A DNA stretch of 64,000 nt from Candidatus Latescibacterota bacterium (GTDB lineage: Bacteria; Latescibacterota; UBA2968): contig OZ242195.1 in the NCBI GenBank assembly GCA_965205975.1, forward strand, positions 5,024,001-5,088,000, in the 5' to 3' direction. The notes under the pieces were generated by a model, which did no database searches, was not told the DNA's origin, and was given only the letters and a program-made list of their open reading frames with translations. Below are positions 10,704-19,635 of the stretch, piece after piece; the first letter of the stretch is position 1; the number at the start of each line of letters is the position of its first letter. The translations under genes and the position numbers were made by a program.

Positions 10704-11839
10704 ATTACAACACACAAAAAACCGCATTGGAGGCCCTGATGACGATGCTGAAATTTTGGGCGATGTGTCTGTGTTTGATACTGATCCAGCCGATGTATGC
10801 CGAGGAAGCTGATCATGATGCGGCAATTGAACTGAGCGCAGAAGAACAACGCGCGGCGGGTATTGTTATCGGCATGGTTGAACCTCGCGCGCTCAATGAA
10901 ACCCTGCGGATTCCGGGCGAGGTCGTGATCAACGCGTACCGATCTGTGCTCGTTACGCCGCGCATTACAGCACAGGTTGTGGCGCGTCATGCGAAACTCG
11001 GCGATGAAGTCGAAGTCGGTCACCCTCTGGTGGCGCTCTCGAGTGTTGAGATGGCCGAGGCGCAAGGAGCATTGATTGTCGCGAATCGAGAATGGCAACG
11101 CGTCAAGACCCTTGGTCGGCAGGCCGTATCGGAACAACGCTATACCGAAGCACATGTTGCACAACAACAGGCTCTCGCCAAAGTGCTCGCTTATGGCATG
11201 ACCATGGTTCAGGCAGAGGCACTTATGCAGTCGGGAGATGCCAGCAAAGCGACCGGTACCTTCGACTTGCTCGCTCCACAAGCGGGCACGGTGCTACAGG
11301 ACGATTTTATTGTCGGTGAATTGATTGAACCTGGCCGGATACTCATGAGTATCAGCGACGAATCAGTGATGTGGGTGAAAGCACATATGGTGTTGACCGC
11401 GTCATCCAAAATCGGTATTGGTGCCAATGTGCGGGTTATCCCCGATGGTATCAACTGGTTTCCGGGCAAGGTCATTCAACTTCATCACCACCTCGACGAA
11501 AAGGTCCGAACTCAAGGCTTGCGCATTGAGGTGCCCAACACGGCTCATAGCTTGCATTCGGGTCAGTTTGTCGAAGTAGAGGTTGTCACCGGAACGCGCG
11601 CACCAGTACTCGCTGTGCCGAGTGCGGCATTGATAATGGTCAAAGGCTCACCGAGTGTATTCAAGATCGAGGACGGACACGAGTTCCATGCCGAGGCTAT
11701 TGAGTTCGGTTCCACGGTGGGCGAGTGGACGGTCGTTCGCAGCGGGCTTATTGCAGGTGATGAGATTGCCATAAGCGGCGTTTTTCACCTCAAATCATTG
11801 ATGCTCAAGTCTTCGCTTGGCGCAGGTCATGTACATTAG
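10700..11839 (+). CDS. czcB: RND periplasmic adaptor subunit, CzcB-like
   Basis: MFP lipoyl/hairpin patterns (VTPRITAQV...LGDEVEVG.PL; LLAPQAGTV); C-terminal GHVH; overlaps the czcC stop. Confidence 0.82.
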   Translation: MNYNTQKTALEALMTMLKFWAMCLCLILIQPMYAEEADHDAAIELSAEEQRAAGIVIGMVEPRALNETLRIPGEVVINAYRSVLVTPRITAQVVARHAKLGDEVEVGHPLVALSSVEMAEAQGALIVANREWQRVKTLGRQAVSEQRYTEAHVAQQQALAKVLAYGMTMVQAEALMQSGDASKATGTFDLLAPQAGTVLQDDFIVGELIEPGRILMSISDESVMWVKAHMVLTASSKIGIGANVRVIPDGINWFPGKVIQLHHHLDEKVRTQGLRIEVPNTAHSLHSGQFVEVEVVTGTRAPVLAVPSAALIMVKGSPSVFKIEDGHEFHAEAIEFGSTVGEWTVVRSGLIAGDEIAISGVFHLKSLMLKSSLGAGHVH

Positions 11840-11848
11840 GAGAATTGC

Positions 11849-14800
11849 ATGTTGGAAGCACTGGTAAATACTTCTCTGCGCTATAAATTCCTGGTGTTGA
11901 TCGCCTTTGGAATCGTAGCTTTTTTGGGTTGGCGCGCGGTTGTAACCGTGCCGATCGATGCGTTTCCAGATGTGACGCCTGCCCAGGTCAATATCTATAC
12001 CGAGTCGCCCGGGCTTGCTGCTGAGGATGTGGAGCAACTCCTAACTTTTCCCATTGAGTCCGGTATGGCCGGGTTGCCGAAGGTGAAGGAGATCCGCTCC
12101 GTGAGTCTCTTCGGTTTGTCCTATGTCGCGGTCTATTTTGAAGACGATATGGATATCTACTTCGCGCGCCGTCTCGTGATGGAGAGGTTGCAGGAGGTAG
12201 GGGAGCGCATCCCAGAAGGTTATGGTACGCCAGAGATGGGTCCCAACTCGTCCGGACTCGGCCAGGTTTTCTGGTACACATTGGAACGGGCTGATGAAAA
12301 GCTCAACGCGGCGATTACCGACATGGACTTGCGGACGCTGCACGACTGGAACGTACGTTTGATCTTGCGAACTGCCCCTGGCGTTGATGATGTCATTTCA
12401 TGGGGGGGCCAGGAGCGACAATTTCAGGTTGTAATGGATCCCCTGAACCTCATCAAATACGACCTGACCTTCACCGATGTCATGGAAGTGATCGAGGCCA
12501 ATAACCGCCAGGTTGGCGGTCAATATATTAATCTCGGCTCAGAGCAGTACCTCGTGCGCGGTCTGGGTCTGGTCAGAGACGAGCGCGATATCGGCGATAT
12601 GGTCGTCAAGGTTGAAGGCGGCGCGCCGGTATATTTGCGCGATATTGCTGAAATCCGTCAGGGGGGGGCACTTCGTTTTGGCGCTGTGACACGCGATGGC
12701 AAGGAGGTTGTCCTTGGGATGGTGCTCTCGCGCATCGGTGAGAATGCCGCCAGGGTGGTTGAGGCGACGAAGGAAAAGGTCGCCATTATTGACCAGTCGC
12801 TACCAGATGGTGTCGTCCTGCGACCCGTTTATGAACGCACCGACCTCGTTGAAAAAGCAGTGGGTACGGCTACGAATGCACTGTTTCAAGGCGCGATTCT
12901 GGTGGGTGTTATTCTGTTTTTGTTTCTCGGCGAATGGCGACCAGCAGTGGTTGTGATTGTCTCTATTCCGCTCACGATGCTCATTGCATTTGTGTTCATG
13001 GATGAAGTGGGTCTCTCAGCCAATCTCATGTCACTTGCCGGCCTCGCCATTGGTATTGGCATGATTGTCGATGGTGCAGTGGTCGTCGTGGAGAATTCAT
13101 TTCGCGTCATGGCAGAACGCAGTGCAGAGACAGAGAAGGTCGATCGCACTGCTGCGGTATTGGCTGCTGCCCGCGAAGTCGTGAATCCGATGACCTTTGC
13201 TATCTTGATTATTGTGGTGGTATTTCTGCCTTTGTTTGCGCTCGAGGGACTGGAGGGCAAGCTGTTCAAGCCGATGGCGTTTAATATCACGTTTGCCATG
13301 GGTGGGAGTTTATTGCTCGCGTTGACATTGATTCCCGTGCTCGCGGCTTTGTTATTAAAACCGCAAAGAGAACGCGAAACATGGCTCATACGTGTCATTA
13401 AACCGCGCTATCTATCCTTGCTTTCCTGGTCATTGGAGAATCGAAAAGTGGTGGTTGGCTGTGCCGTGGGTTTGCTCGTTGTGAGCATGGCACTGTTCCC
13501 TTTTCTGGGAAAAGAGTTCATGCCGCAATTGCAGGAAGGGTCAATCATGTGGCGCGTAACTTCGATACCTTCGGCTTCGCTTCAGCATTCAATCGAGATT
13601 TCCAAGGATATCGAGAACGCGTTGTCGAAATTCCCGGAGGTCGAAACTACGGTGGCAATGATTGGTCGGGCAGAGAAAGGCGAGACCGCCGACGCCAATT
13701 ACATGGAGATTTATACTGCACTCAAGCCCGAGAGCGAATGGCCCGGAGACCGCGATATAAAAGAGCTTGCCGAGGCTATGCGCGAGGAGTTGGAAGTGGT
13801 GGTGCCGTCGGCTGTTATCGCTTTTACTCAGCCAATTCAGATGCGCGTAGAGGAACTGATCTCTGGGGTTCGCGCCACGCTTGCCGCCAAGATCTACGGT
13901 GAAGATTTGGCAGTGCTCGATCAGTTGAGCGAGGCGGTCAAAGATGTCATTGCCGAAGTTGAGGGTGTGGCGGATCTTTCGGTTGAGGCCAATGTCGGCA
14001 AGCCGCAGATCCGCATTCAGGTCAAGCGCGAGCAACTCGCGCGTTTTGGGTTGAATGCGGACGATGTGTTGTCCGTTGTGCGCACGGGTATCGGCAATGA
14101 GCCGGTTACGACCATGATTGACGGCGTGCGCCGCTTCGATATTACGGCGCGATTCGATGACCGATCAAAAGCATCGGTGAAGTCGATTGAGCGCATTCCA
14201 CTGAAAACAAGCGATGGCGCAATCGTTCCTCTCGCGACTGTTGCAGATGTCAGCGTTGCGGAAGGTTACTCTTTTGTGCGCCGCGAGCAATTGCAGCGTT
14301 ACGCAGTGATCCAGATGGATGTGCGAGGGCGCGATGTCGATGGCTTTGTGCGCGATGCCAATGCGGCTATCGATGCACAGATTGACTTGCCTCCGGGCTA
14401 TTGGATTGAGTGGGGTGGTGCGTTCGAGAATCAACAGCGGGCGTTGGCGCGTTTGTCGGTGATCGTGCCGTTGACGATTTTTTTTATTTTTGTGTTGCTC
14501 TATACGGCATTTAATTCGGTTAAGTACGCCGCGCTGATTATAGCCAATGTGCCGTTTGCGACAATTGGAGGGATGGTGGTCCTTTTCTTTAGTGGACAAT
14601 ACGTGTCGGTGCCTTCGGCGATTGGATTTATCGCGGTGTTTGGCGTGGCGATGTTGAACGGCATTGTGTTGGTGAGTTTTATCAATGAGTTGCGCGAAAA
14701 AGGACTCGGTGTTGCAGAGGCTGTGCGACGGGGGGCGGAGTTGCGTTTGCGTCCAGTTTTGATGACCGCGAGTACGTCCATTCTCGGATTGGTGCCCTTG

Positions 14801-14938
14801 TTATTGGCGACGGGTGTTGGTGCCGAAACACAGCGTCCACTCGCTTCGGTGGTGGTCGGCGGTTTGATCACTTCGACGTTGTTGACACTCGTGTTGCTGC
14901 CGGTGATCTACGAGTGGATTGAGACGCGACGGCAGTAA
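11849..14938 (+). CDS. czcA: Heavy-metal efflux RND permease, CzcA/CusA family
   Basis: PIDAFPDVT..QV, IRSVSLFGLSYV, SANLMSLAGLAIGIGMIVDGAVVVVEN, EGKLFKPMA, GVAMLNGIVLV, RLRPVLMTA; 1029 aa. Confidence 0.93.
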   Translation: MLEALVNTSLRYKFLVLIAFGIVAFLGWRAVVTVPIDAFPDVTPAQVNIYTESPGLAAEDVEQLLTFPIESGMAGLPKVKEIRSVSLFGLSYVAVYFEDDMDIYFARRLVMERLQEVGERIPEGYGTPEMGPNSSGLGQVFWYTLERADEKLNAAITDMDLRTLHDWNVRLILRTAPGVDDVISWGGQERQFQVVMDPLNLIKYDLTFTDVMEVIEANNRQVGGQYINLGSEQYLVRGLGLVRDERDIGDMVVKVEGGAPVYLRDIAEIRQGGALRFGAVTRDGKEVVLGMVLSRIGENAARVVEATKEKVAIIDQSLPDGVVLRPVYERTDLVEKAVGTATNALFQGAILVGVILFLFLGEWRPAVVVIVSIPLTMLIAFVFMDEVGLSANLMSLAGLAIGIGMIVDGAVVVVENSFRVMAERSAETEKVDRTAAVLAAAREVVNPMTFAILIIVVVFLPLFALEGLEGKLFKPMAFNITFAMGGSLLLALTLIPVLAALLLKPQRERETWLIRVIKPRYLSLLSWSLENRKVVVGCAVGLLVVSMALFPFLGKEFMPQLQEGSIMWRVTSIPSASLQHSIEISKDIENALSKFPEVETTVAMIGRAEKGETADANYMEIYTALKPESEWPGDRDIKELAEAMREELEVVVPSAVIAFTQPIQMRVEELISGVRATLAAKIYGEDLAVLDQLSEAVKDVIAEVEGVADLSVEANVGKPQIRIQVKREQLARFGLNADDVLSVVRTGIGNEPVTTMIDGVRRFDITARFDDRSKASVKSIERIPLKTSDGAIVPLATVADVSVAEGYSFVRREQLQRYAVIQMDVRGRDVDGFVRDANAAIDAQIDLPPGYWIEWGGAFENQQRALARLSVIVPLTIFFIFVLLYTAFNSVKYAALIIANVPFATIGGMVVLFFSGQYVSVPSAIGFIAVFGVAMLNGIVLVSFINELREKGLGVAEAVRRGAELRLRPVLMTASTSILGLVPLLLATGVGAETQRPLASVVVGGLITSTLLTLVLLPVIYEWIETRRQ

Positions 14939-14957
14939 ACGTCCGCATTTTTATTTC

Positions 14958-15014
14958 TTGCGGTGGGGAAGGTATTACCTTATTATCCGAATAATTCGAA
15001 TAATCCGAATTATT
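14958..15014 (+). promoter_or_regulatory. Promoter plus palindromic operator of the permease-SPFH operon
   Basis: TTGCGG (14958-63), 17 bp, TATTAT (14981-86); immediately downstream a perfect 9-7-9 inverted repeat AATAATTCG-aataatc-CGAATTATT (14990-15014). Confidence 0.65.
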
Positions 15015-15021
15015 ATTATAT

Positions 15022-17400
15022 GTGGTCAAAAAACTATGCTTCCCATCAGAGGGGGTGAGGGCTATTGATGCTCCAATTAATACAAGTATTGGCTTAATAC
15101 AAGCAGTGACCAGTTTCTTTGATTTTCTTGTGATGTCGTTCCTGTTGTTAGCGCCTATGCTAATGCTGGGGCTATTTCTTTCTGGTCTGATTCACGTATT
15201 TATCTCGCGTGAGGCCATTTTGCGGTGGTTGCGCGAAGATAGCTTGAAATCCGTGAGTACGAGTGCAGCCGTTGGCGTGCCCGTGCCGCTTTGCAGTTGC
15301 TCGGTTGTGCCAGTAGTTGCCGAGATGCGCAATAAGGGCGCGTCCCGTTCGTCCTGTATGTCTTTCTTGATTACGGCACCGGAGACAGGTGCGGACTCGA
15401 TTCTGGTCACGAATGCGTTCTTTGGATTCATCGCTGCTATTGTCAGGCCCTTCATCAGCTTTATTACCGCGGTCGTTGCCGGTATTTTTTGTATCGGTCT
15501 CATACGAGATGATAGCGACGAGGCCAGGGCGAGAGAGCACGACCATGATCACGACCATGACCACGATCATGACCATGACCACGATCATGATCACGACCAT
15601 GACCACGATCATGACCATGACCACGATCATGATCATGGGCACGAGCCTCTGGTGCCTGGAAGCGACGATTGCTACGTCAGTCCTTCACAGTTGAAGGCGT
15701 TGTTTTATTCCTGGTTGAAGGGACTAACTGAGGCGGTTAGCCAGCACAAATTCGGATCATGGGTGAAACCGGACTTTTATCGCGACATGCTTCCGGCTGA
15801 AGACAAACAAACTTCTGAGGATGATCCGTCCAAATACAAACACGATCTGGATTTTAAGGAGATCGTCAGGCATATTTTCCGCTATGGCTTTGTCGAGATA
15901 GCGGACGATATTCTGTTTGCGCTGCTCGTGGGCGTCGCACTGGGAGGCGTGCTCTATCTGGCGATTCCGAGCGACCTGATGTCCAATGAGTATGCGCGCT
16001 GGTTGTCCTACCCCGTTATGGTGCTGGTTGGTGTTCCTCTTTATATCTGCGCGTCCGCGAGTACCCCGATAGCTGCCGCGCTGGTCGCCAAAGGATTTAG
16101 TCCTGGTGCGGCACTGATTTTTCTCATGACCGGACCGGCGACCAATACGGGTACTATTGCGATTATCGTCAGTCAATTCGGGGCGCGCTTTGCGACTATC
16201 TATGTGTCAGCGGTGATCGCAGTGACCGTTGCTCTGGGCATTGTGATTGATATTGTGCTTCTCGCCATCGGCGTGACGGTTCCCCTGTATCTCGGTCCTT
16301 CGGAGTCAACGACTATTCAGCTCATACAATGGGGCAGTGCTTTTGCCCTGATTGCTCTGATCATCTGGCGGTTCCGCGCAGGTGCTTTTAAGAGCGGCTA
16401 TGAAGATTTGTTGCTCAATATCCGCCCTGTGGCCGAACCCTGTAAAGAGTTCTGGGGGCGCGTGACGCGCAACCGGTCTTTTGTGGGCATTATCACTCCT
16501 TCCACGCCGTTGGGAAAGACGTTTTACGGTCTGCTGATCGCCCTGTTTCTCGGTAGCGGTTTTACTGTGATTCCTCCCGGGCATGTGGGCTACGGTCGTC
16601 TGTTTGGCGCGGTTTACTGGCGAGACCTGCAGCCGGGGTTGCACTATCTCGCGCCCCGTCCCTTTGTGCGGGTGGATAAATGGCCGGTAAAAGAAGTGAA
16701 GTACATTACAAATGCGAATGCGTACGAATTGATTTCGGGCGATTTGAATATCCTCTCTCTTACCATCAATGCGCAGTACCGCGTAAAGGATGCCTATACG
16801 TATCATTACCAGATCCAGAACCCGAAAGAGATCATTAAAGATGCCATTAAGGATCATCTGCGCGAGTTTGTATCTGCCCGCAATCTGGATCATCTGCTCA
16901 GTGTTCACCGCGCAAAGCTGGAGCAGCATATCAGAGAATTGTTTGCGGGCGCTGTCGAGGCGTCGCGCCCGGTGTTCGAGAGCGTTGAACTAATTGATAT
17001 AAATCTGGTGAGTGTTAACCCGGCGGCAGAAACAATGAGTGCTTTTCGGGAAATCTCGAGTTCTCAGGAGGATCGAGAGCGGATCATCATCAATGCCCAG
17101 CGTTTCCTGACGTCGTTAGTTCCCCGTGCACATGGAAATGCGATTTACGAAGTGGAGCAGGCAAACGGCGAAGCGTTCAGAAAAGTGACCACTTCTGCCG
17201 CTGAAGCAGATGCGATAAAAGTCGTGGCTGCGGCAGTGAATCGCGCGCCCAATGTTCTCCAGACCATGCTGTGGCGGGAGAAGCTGGAAACCGCGCTTTC
17301 TGGCAATGCCAAGATTATCGTTCCCAACAAGCGGAGCCTCGAAAAGGTCGCGCTGTGGAAGAGTAAGCCAGCGAAGACAAACGCGAACGCCCAGCACTGA
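15022..17400 (+). CDS. DUF318/ArsP_1 (SO_0444-type Cu/Zn) permease with (HD)n loop, fused to C-terminal HflK-like SPFH domain
   Basis: GVPVPLCSCSVVP, FLITAPETGADS, GVPLYICASASTPIAAAL..KG.SPGAALIFLMTGPATN; H(DH)16GH; then TM + GFTVIPPGHVG..RLFG..LQPGLHY.AP.P, ISGDLNIL, AFREISSSQEDRERII..A...VPRAHGNA (HflK pattern). One uninterrupted 792-aa ORF; exact start uncertain. Confidence 0.88.
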   Translation: MVKKLCFPSEGVRAIDAPINTSIGLIQAVTSFFDFLVMSFLLLAPMLMLGLFLSGLIHVFISREAILRWLREDSLKSVSTSAAVGVPVPLCSCSVVPVVAEMRNKGASRSSCMSFLITAPETGADSILVTNAFFGFIAAIVRPFISFITAVVAGIFCIGLIRDDSDEARAREHDHDHDHDHDHDHDHDHDHDHDHDHDHDHDHDHGHEPLVPGSDDCYVSPSQLKALFYSWLKGLTEAVSQHKFGSWVKPDFYRDMLPAEDKQTSEDDPSKYKHDLDFKEIVRHIFRYGFVEIADDILFALLVGVALGGVLYLAIPSDLMSNEYARWLSYPVMVLVGVPLYICASASTPIAAALVAKGFSPGAALIFLMTGPATNTGTIAIIVSQFGARFATIYVSAVIAVTVALGIVIDIVLLAIGVTVPLYLGPSESTTIQLIQWGSAFALIALIIWRFRAGAFKSGYEDLLLNIRPVAEPCKEFWGRVTRNRSFVGIITPSTPLGKTFYGLLIALFLGSGFTVIPPGHVGYGRLFGAVYWRDLQPGLHYLAPRPFVRVDKWPVKEVKYITNANAYELISGDLNILSLTINAQYRVKDAYTYHYQIQNPKEIIKDAIKDHLREFVSARNLDHLLSVHRAKLEQHIRELFAGAVEASRPVFESVELIDINLVSVNPAAETMSAFREISSSQEDRERIIINAQRFLTSLVPRAHGNAIYEVEQANGEAFRKVTTSAAEADAIKVVAAAVNRAPNVLQTMLWREKLETALSGNAKIIVPNKRSLEKVALWKSKPAKTNANAQH
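15538..15636 (+). repeat. His-Asp codon tandem repeat with exact 42-bp higher-order duplication
   Basis: Encodes H(DH)16; 15544-15585 is identical to 15586-15627. Confidence 0.95.
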
Positions 17401-17415
17401 TAGGGAGAAAAGATT

Positions 17416-18303
17416 ATGACTTTCAAAAGAATTGTCACAGCCATTGTCGTAGTTTTTGTTGGTGTAATTGCGTATAGCTGTTTTTACACCATACATGAGA
17501 CCCAACAAGGCGTGTTGACCAACTTTGGCAAAATCTCGCCGCCCATCAAGGGACCCGGGCTGCATGTCAAATGGCCGTGGCCAATAACGAAGGTGTACAA
17601 GGTTGATCGGCGCATTCAGACCCTCAATGGCCTTACCCATGAGTTGATTACGGAAGACCAGAAGAATGTCCTGGTTGACGGTTATACGATGTGGCGTATC
17701 GATGATCCCATCAAGTATGTCGAAGCCATTCGAACCGATGTAAATGCCGTTGAGCGTTTGCAGGAACTCTATTTTGCGAGTAGCGGTATTGTCATCAGCA
17801 ATAGGGCACGCGATGCGTTTATCAGTCTGGGGCTGGAACACGAAGATCTGCATGAGGCGTGCCGCGAGATGCACAACAGGATCGCGCCAATCGCCAAAGC
17901 CAACTATGGGATTGAGGTGATACGGGTCGGTATTGTCGAATACACCTTGCCGGTGGAGAACCGCCCAAGCGTGATCCAGCGAATGATTTCCGAGCGTGCG
18001 CGCATTGCCACCCGCTATCGCAGCGAGGGTGAGGAGAAGGCGATAACCATCGAGGCTCTTGCCATCAACGAGCACGAAAAAATTATGGCCGACGCCCATG
18101 CAGAAGCAACGACGATTCTCGGCAATGCCGAGGCCCAGGCAATGGCAGTGCTGGGCAAAGCCTATCGGGAAGATCCGGAGTTCTACAAGTTCATCCGCGC
18201 ACTCGACAGCTACGATCTGATTATTGACAAAAACACGACGCTCATGCTGCCCGCAGATAGTGAATTATTCAAATATCTGGACAGCAAATCTATACCCAGG
18301 TAA
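17416..18303 (+). CDS. hflC: HflC-like SPFH/Band 7 protein
   Basis: N-terminal TM; PGLHVKWPWP, VDRRIQ, ITEDQKNVLVD..WRIDDP, RMISERARIA..YRSEGEEKA, AYREDPEFYKFIRALDSY, DSELFKYL. Confidence 0.85.
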   Translation: MTFKRIVTAIVVVFVGVIAYSCFYTIHETQQGVLTNFGKISPPIKGPGLHVKWPWPITKVYKVDRRIQTLNGLTHELITEDQKNVLVDGYTMWRIDDPIKYVEAIRTDVNAVERLQELYFASSGIVISNRARDAFISLGLEHEDLHEACREMHNRIAPIAKANYGIEVIRVGIVEYTLPVENRPSVIQRMISERARIATRYRSEGEEKAITIEALAINEHEKIMADAHAEATTILGNAEAQAMAVLGKAYREDPEFYKFIRALDSYDLIIDKNTTLMLPADSELFKYLDSKSIPR

Positions 18304-18312
18304 GATGGGGCT

Positions 18313-19635
18313 ATGACGATGAACGAACAACAACCATTACCGCGCAGTACGCGCATGATCTACGCCGCGTTTGATTTCGTTGGGCAGTATCCCAAAAGGC
18401 GAATTCTCACAGTGCTCGCCGCGATTGTCGTCGCTGTGGTGTTGGGCAGCGGGTTTTATATTGTAGAGAAAGAGGAAGAGGCTGTGGTTCTGCGTTTCGG
18501 GAAGGTAGTGGTGACGGATATCGGTCCCGGGATACGCTACTGCATCCCCATTATCGATGAAGTTCAGATTCGCAAGGTCAAACGGATCGTCCAGCATCAG
18601 ATAGCCAGTAAGAGCGGCGGCACAGCCAATTTTACAATATTGTCTGGGGACACGAACCTGTTTGAGGTGGATATCGCCCTTCAATACCGGATAGATAATT
18701 TGCGGAATTTTCTATACGCATCTACCGACCCTCTTCAGGTGGTCTCCATGCTCTTGCGGGAAGAGTTGATCAATATCATGGGACAAAATTTTATTGATCT
18801 AATCCTGACTTCCAACCGCAATATTATTCAACACCACCTGTTGCACGAGATTGCCGACCTTCTCGAAGAATATGACGTTGGCATAGAGGTCGTTTCTCTC
18901 AACATCGTTGATATAAGCCCGATTGCAGAAACGATTGCTGCATTCCGGGATGTCAACGATGCGATTGCCGAGCGTGCGCAAGCAGAGAGCAATGCCAACC
19001 GCACGCGGGAGAAGATGATCGCGCACAGCAGGGGACAGGCGGAGGCCGTGGTGATGGACGCCCACGCCAGGGCACGGGAACGCATTGTGCAGGCTCAAAG
19101 CAGTGCCGACGCATTCCGCGCTCTGCTCGTCGAGTACAAAAGTCAACGAACGCAAGTGGCTATCACGCGGTATTGGCAGCGCATGCGCACGATTTTCTCG
19201 GAAGCGAGTCTGTCGGCGGTCAATCCCCGCAATGAGGCGACAATCGATATCAATATGATAGAAGGTCTCGCGGCGCACACACCCGTGGACATGTTGCTGG
19301 ACGCGCCTTCCGGTGATGCTGTCGAGAGGCCCTCTTTTTCAACGGCGCGACAGAGGGATACACATAATTTTGAAAATGTCGAAGAGGACAAACACTTGCT
19401 GGACGGGCAATTCCACAAAAGGCGCGTGGAACGCCATCACCAGAGAGTCGCCAATATGAGATCGCTGATATTCGACATGCCCAGTGTATTTTCTCATGAG
19501 CACACGTCAACCCATCCCCTGACCACCGTGCGACAGGCAGACCAGCAGGCGGTGATTGAGACGAAAGCTGCAGAAAGCGTGCAGGATAGCAGCAAAACCG
19601 TGGATAAGGAGAAAAAAAGTGAGTCTGCTCAATAA
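18313..19635 (+). CDS. hflK: HflK-like SPFH protein with His-containing C-terminal extension
   Basis: TM + SGFYIV..EEAVVLRFGK, GPGI, LSGDTNL..V...QYRI, AAFRDVNDA..ER, A.G.AE; about 120-aa tail containing 9 His. Confidence 0.8.
   Translation: MTMNEQQPLPRSTRMIYAAFDFVGQYPKRRILTVLAAIVVAVVLGSGFYIVEKEEEAVVLRFGKVVVTDIGPGIRYCIPIIDEVQIRKVKRIVQHQIASKSGGTANFTILSGDTNLFEVDIALQYRIDNLRNFLYASTDPLQVVSMLLREELINIMGQNFIDLILTSNRNIIQHHLLHEIADLLEEYDVGIEVVSLNIVDISPIAETIAAFRDVNDAIAERAQAESNANRTREKMIAHSRGQAEAVVMDAHARARERIVQAQSSADAFRALLVEYKSQRTQVAITRYWQRMRTIFSEASLSAVNPRNEATIDINMIEGLAAHTPVDMLLDAPSGDAVERPSFSTARQRDTHNFENVEEDKHLLDGQFHKRRVERHHQRVANMRSLIFDMPSVFSHEHTSTHPLTTVRQADQQAVIETKAAESVQDSSKTVDKEKKSESAQ

Noticed and set aside
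15172..15694. Met/Ile/Val and Thr/Met repeat ORFs in alternative frames
   Set aside because: By-products of the His-Asp codon repeat.
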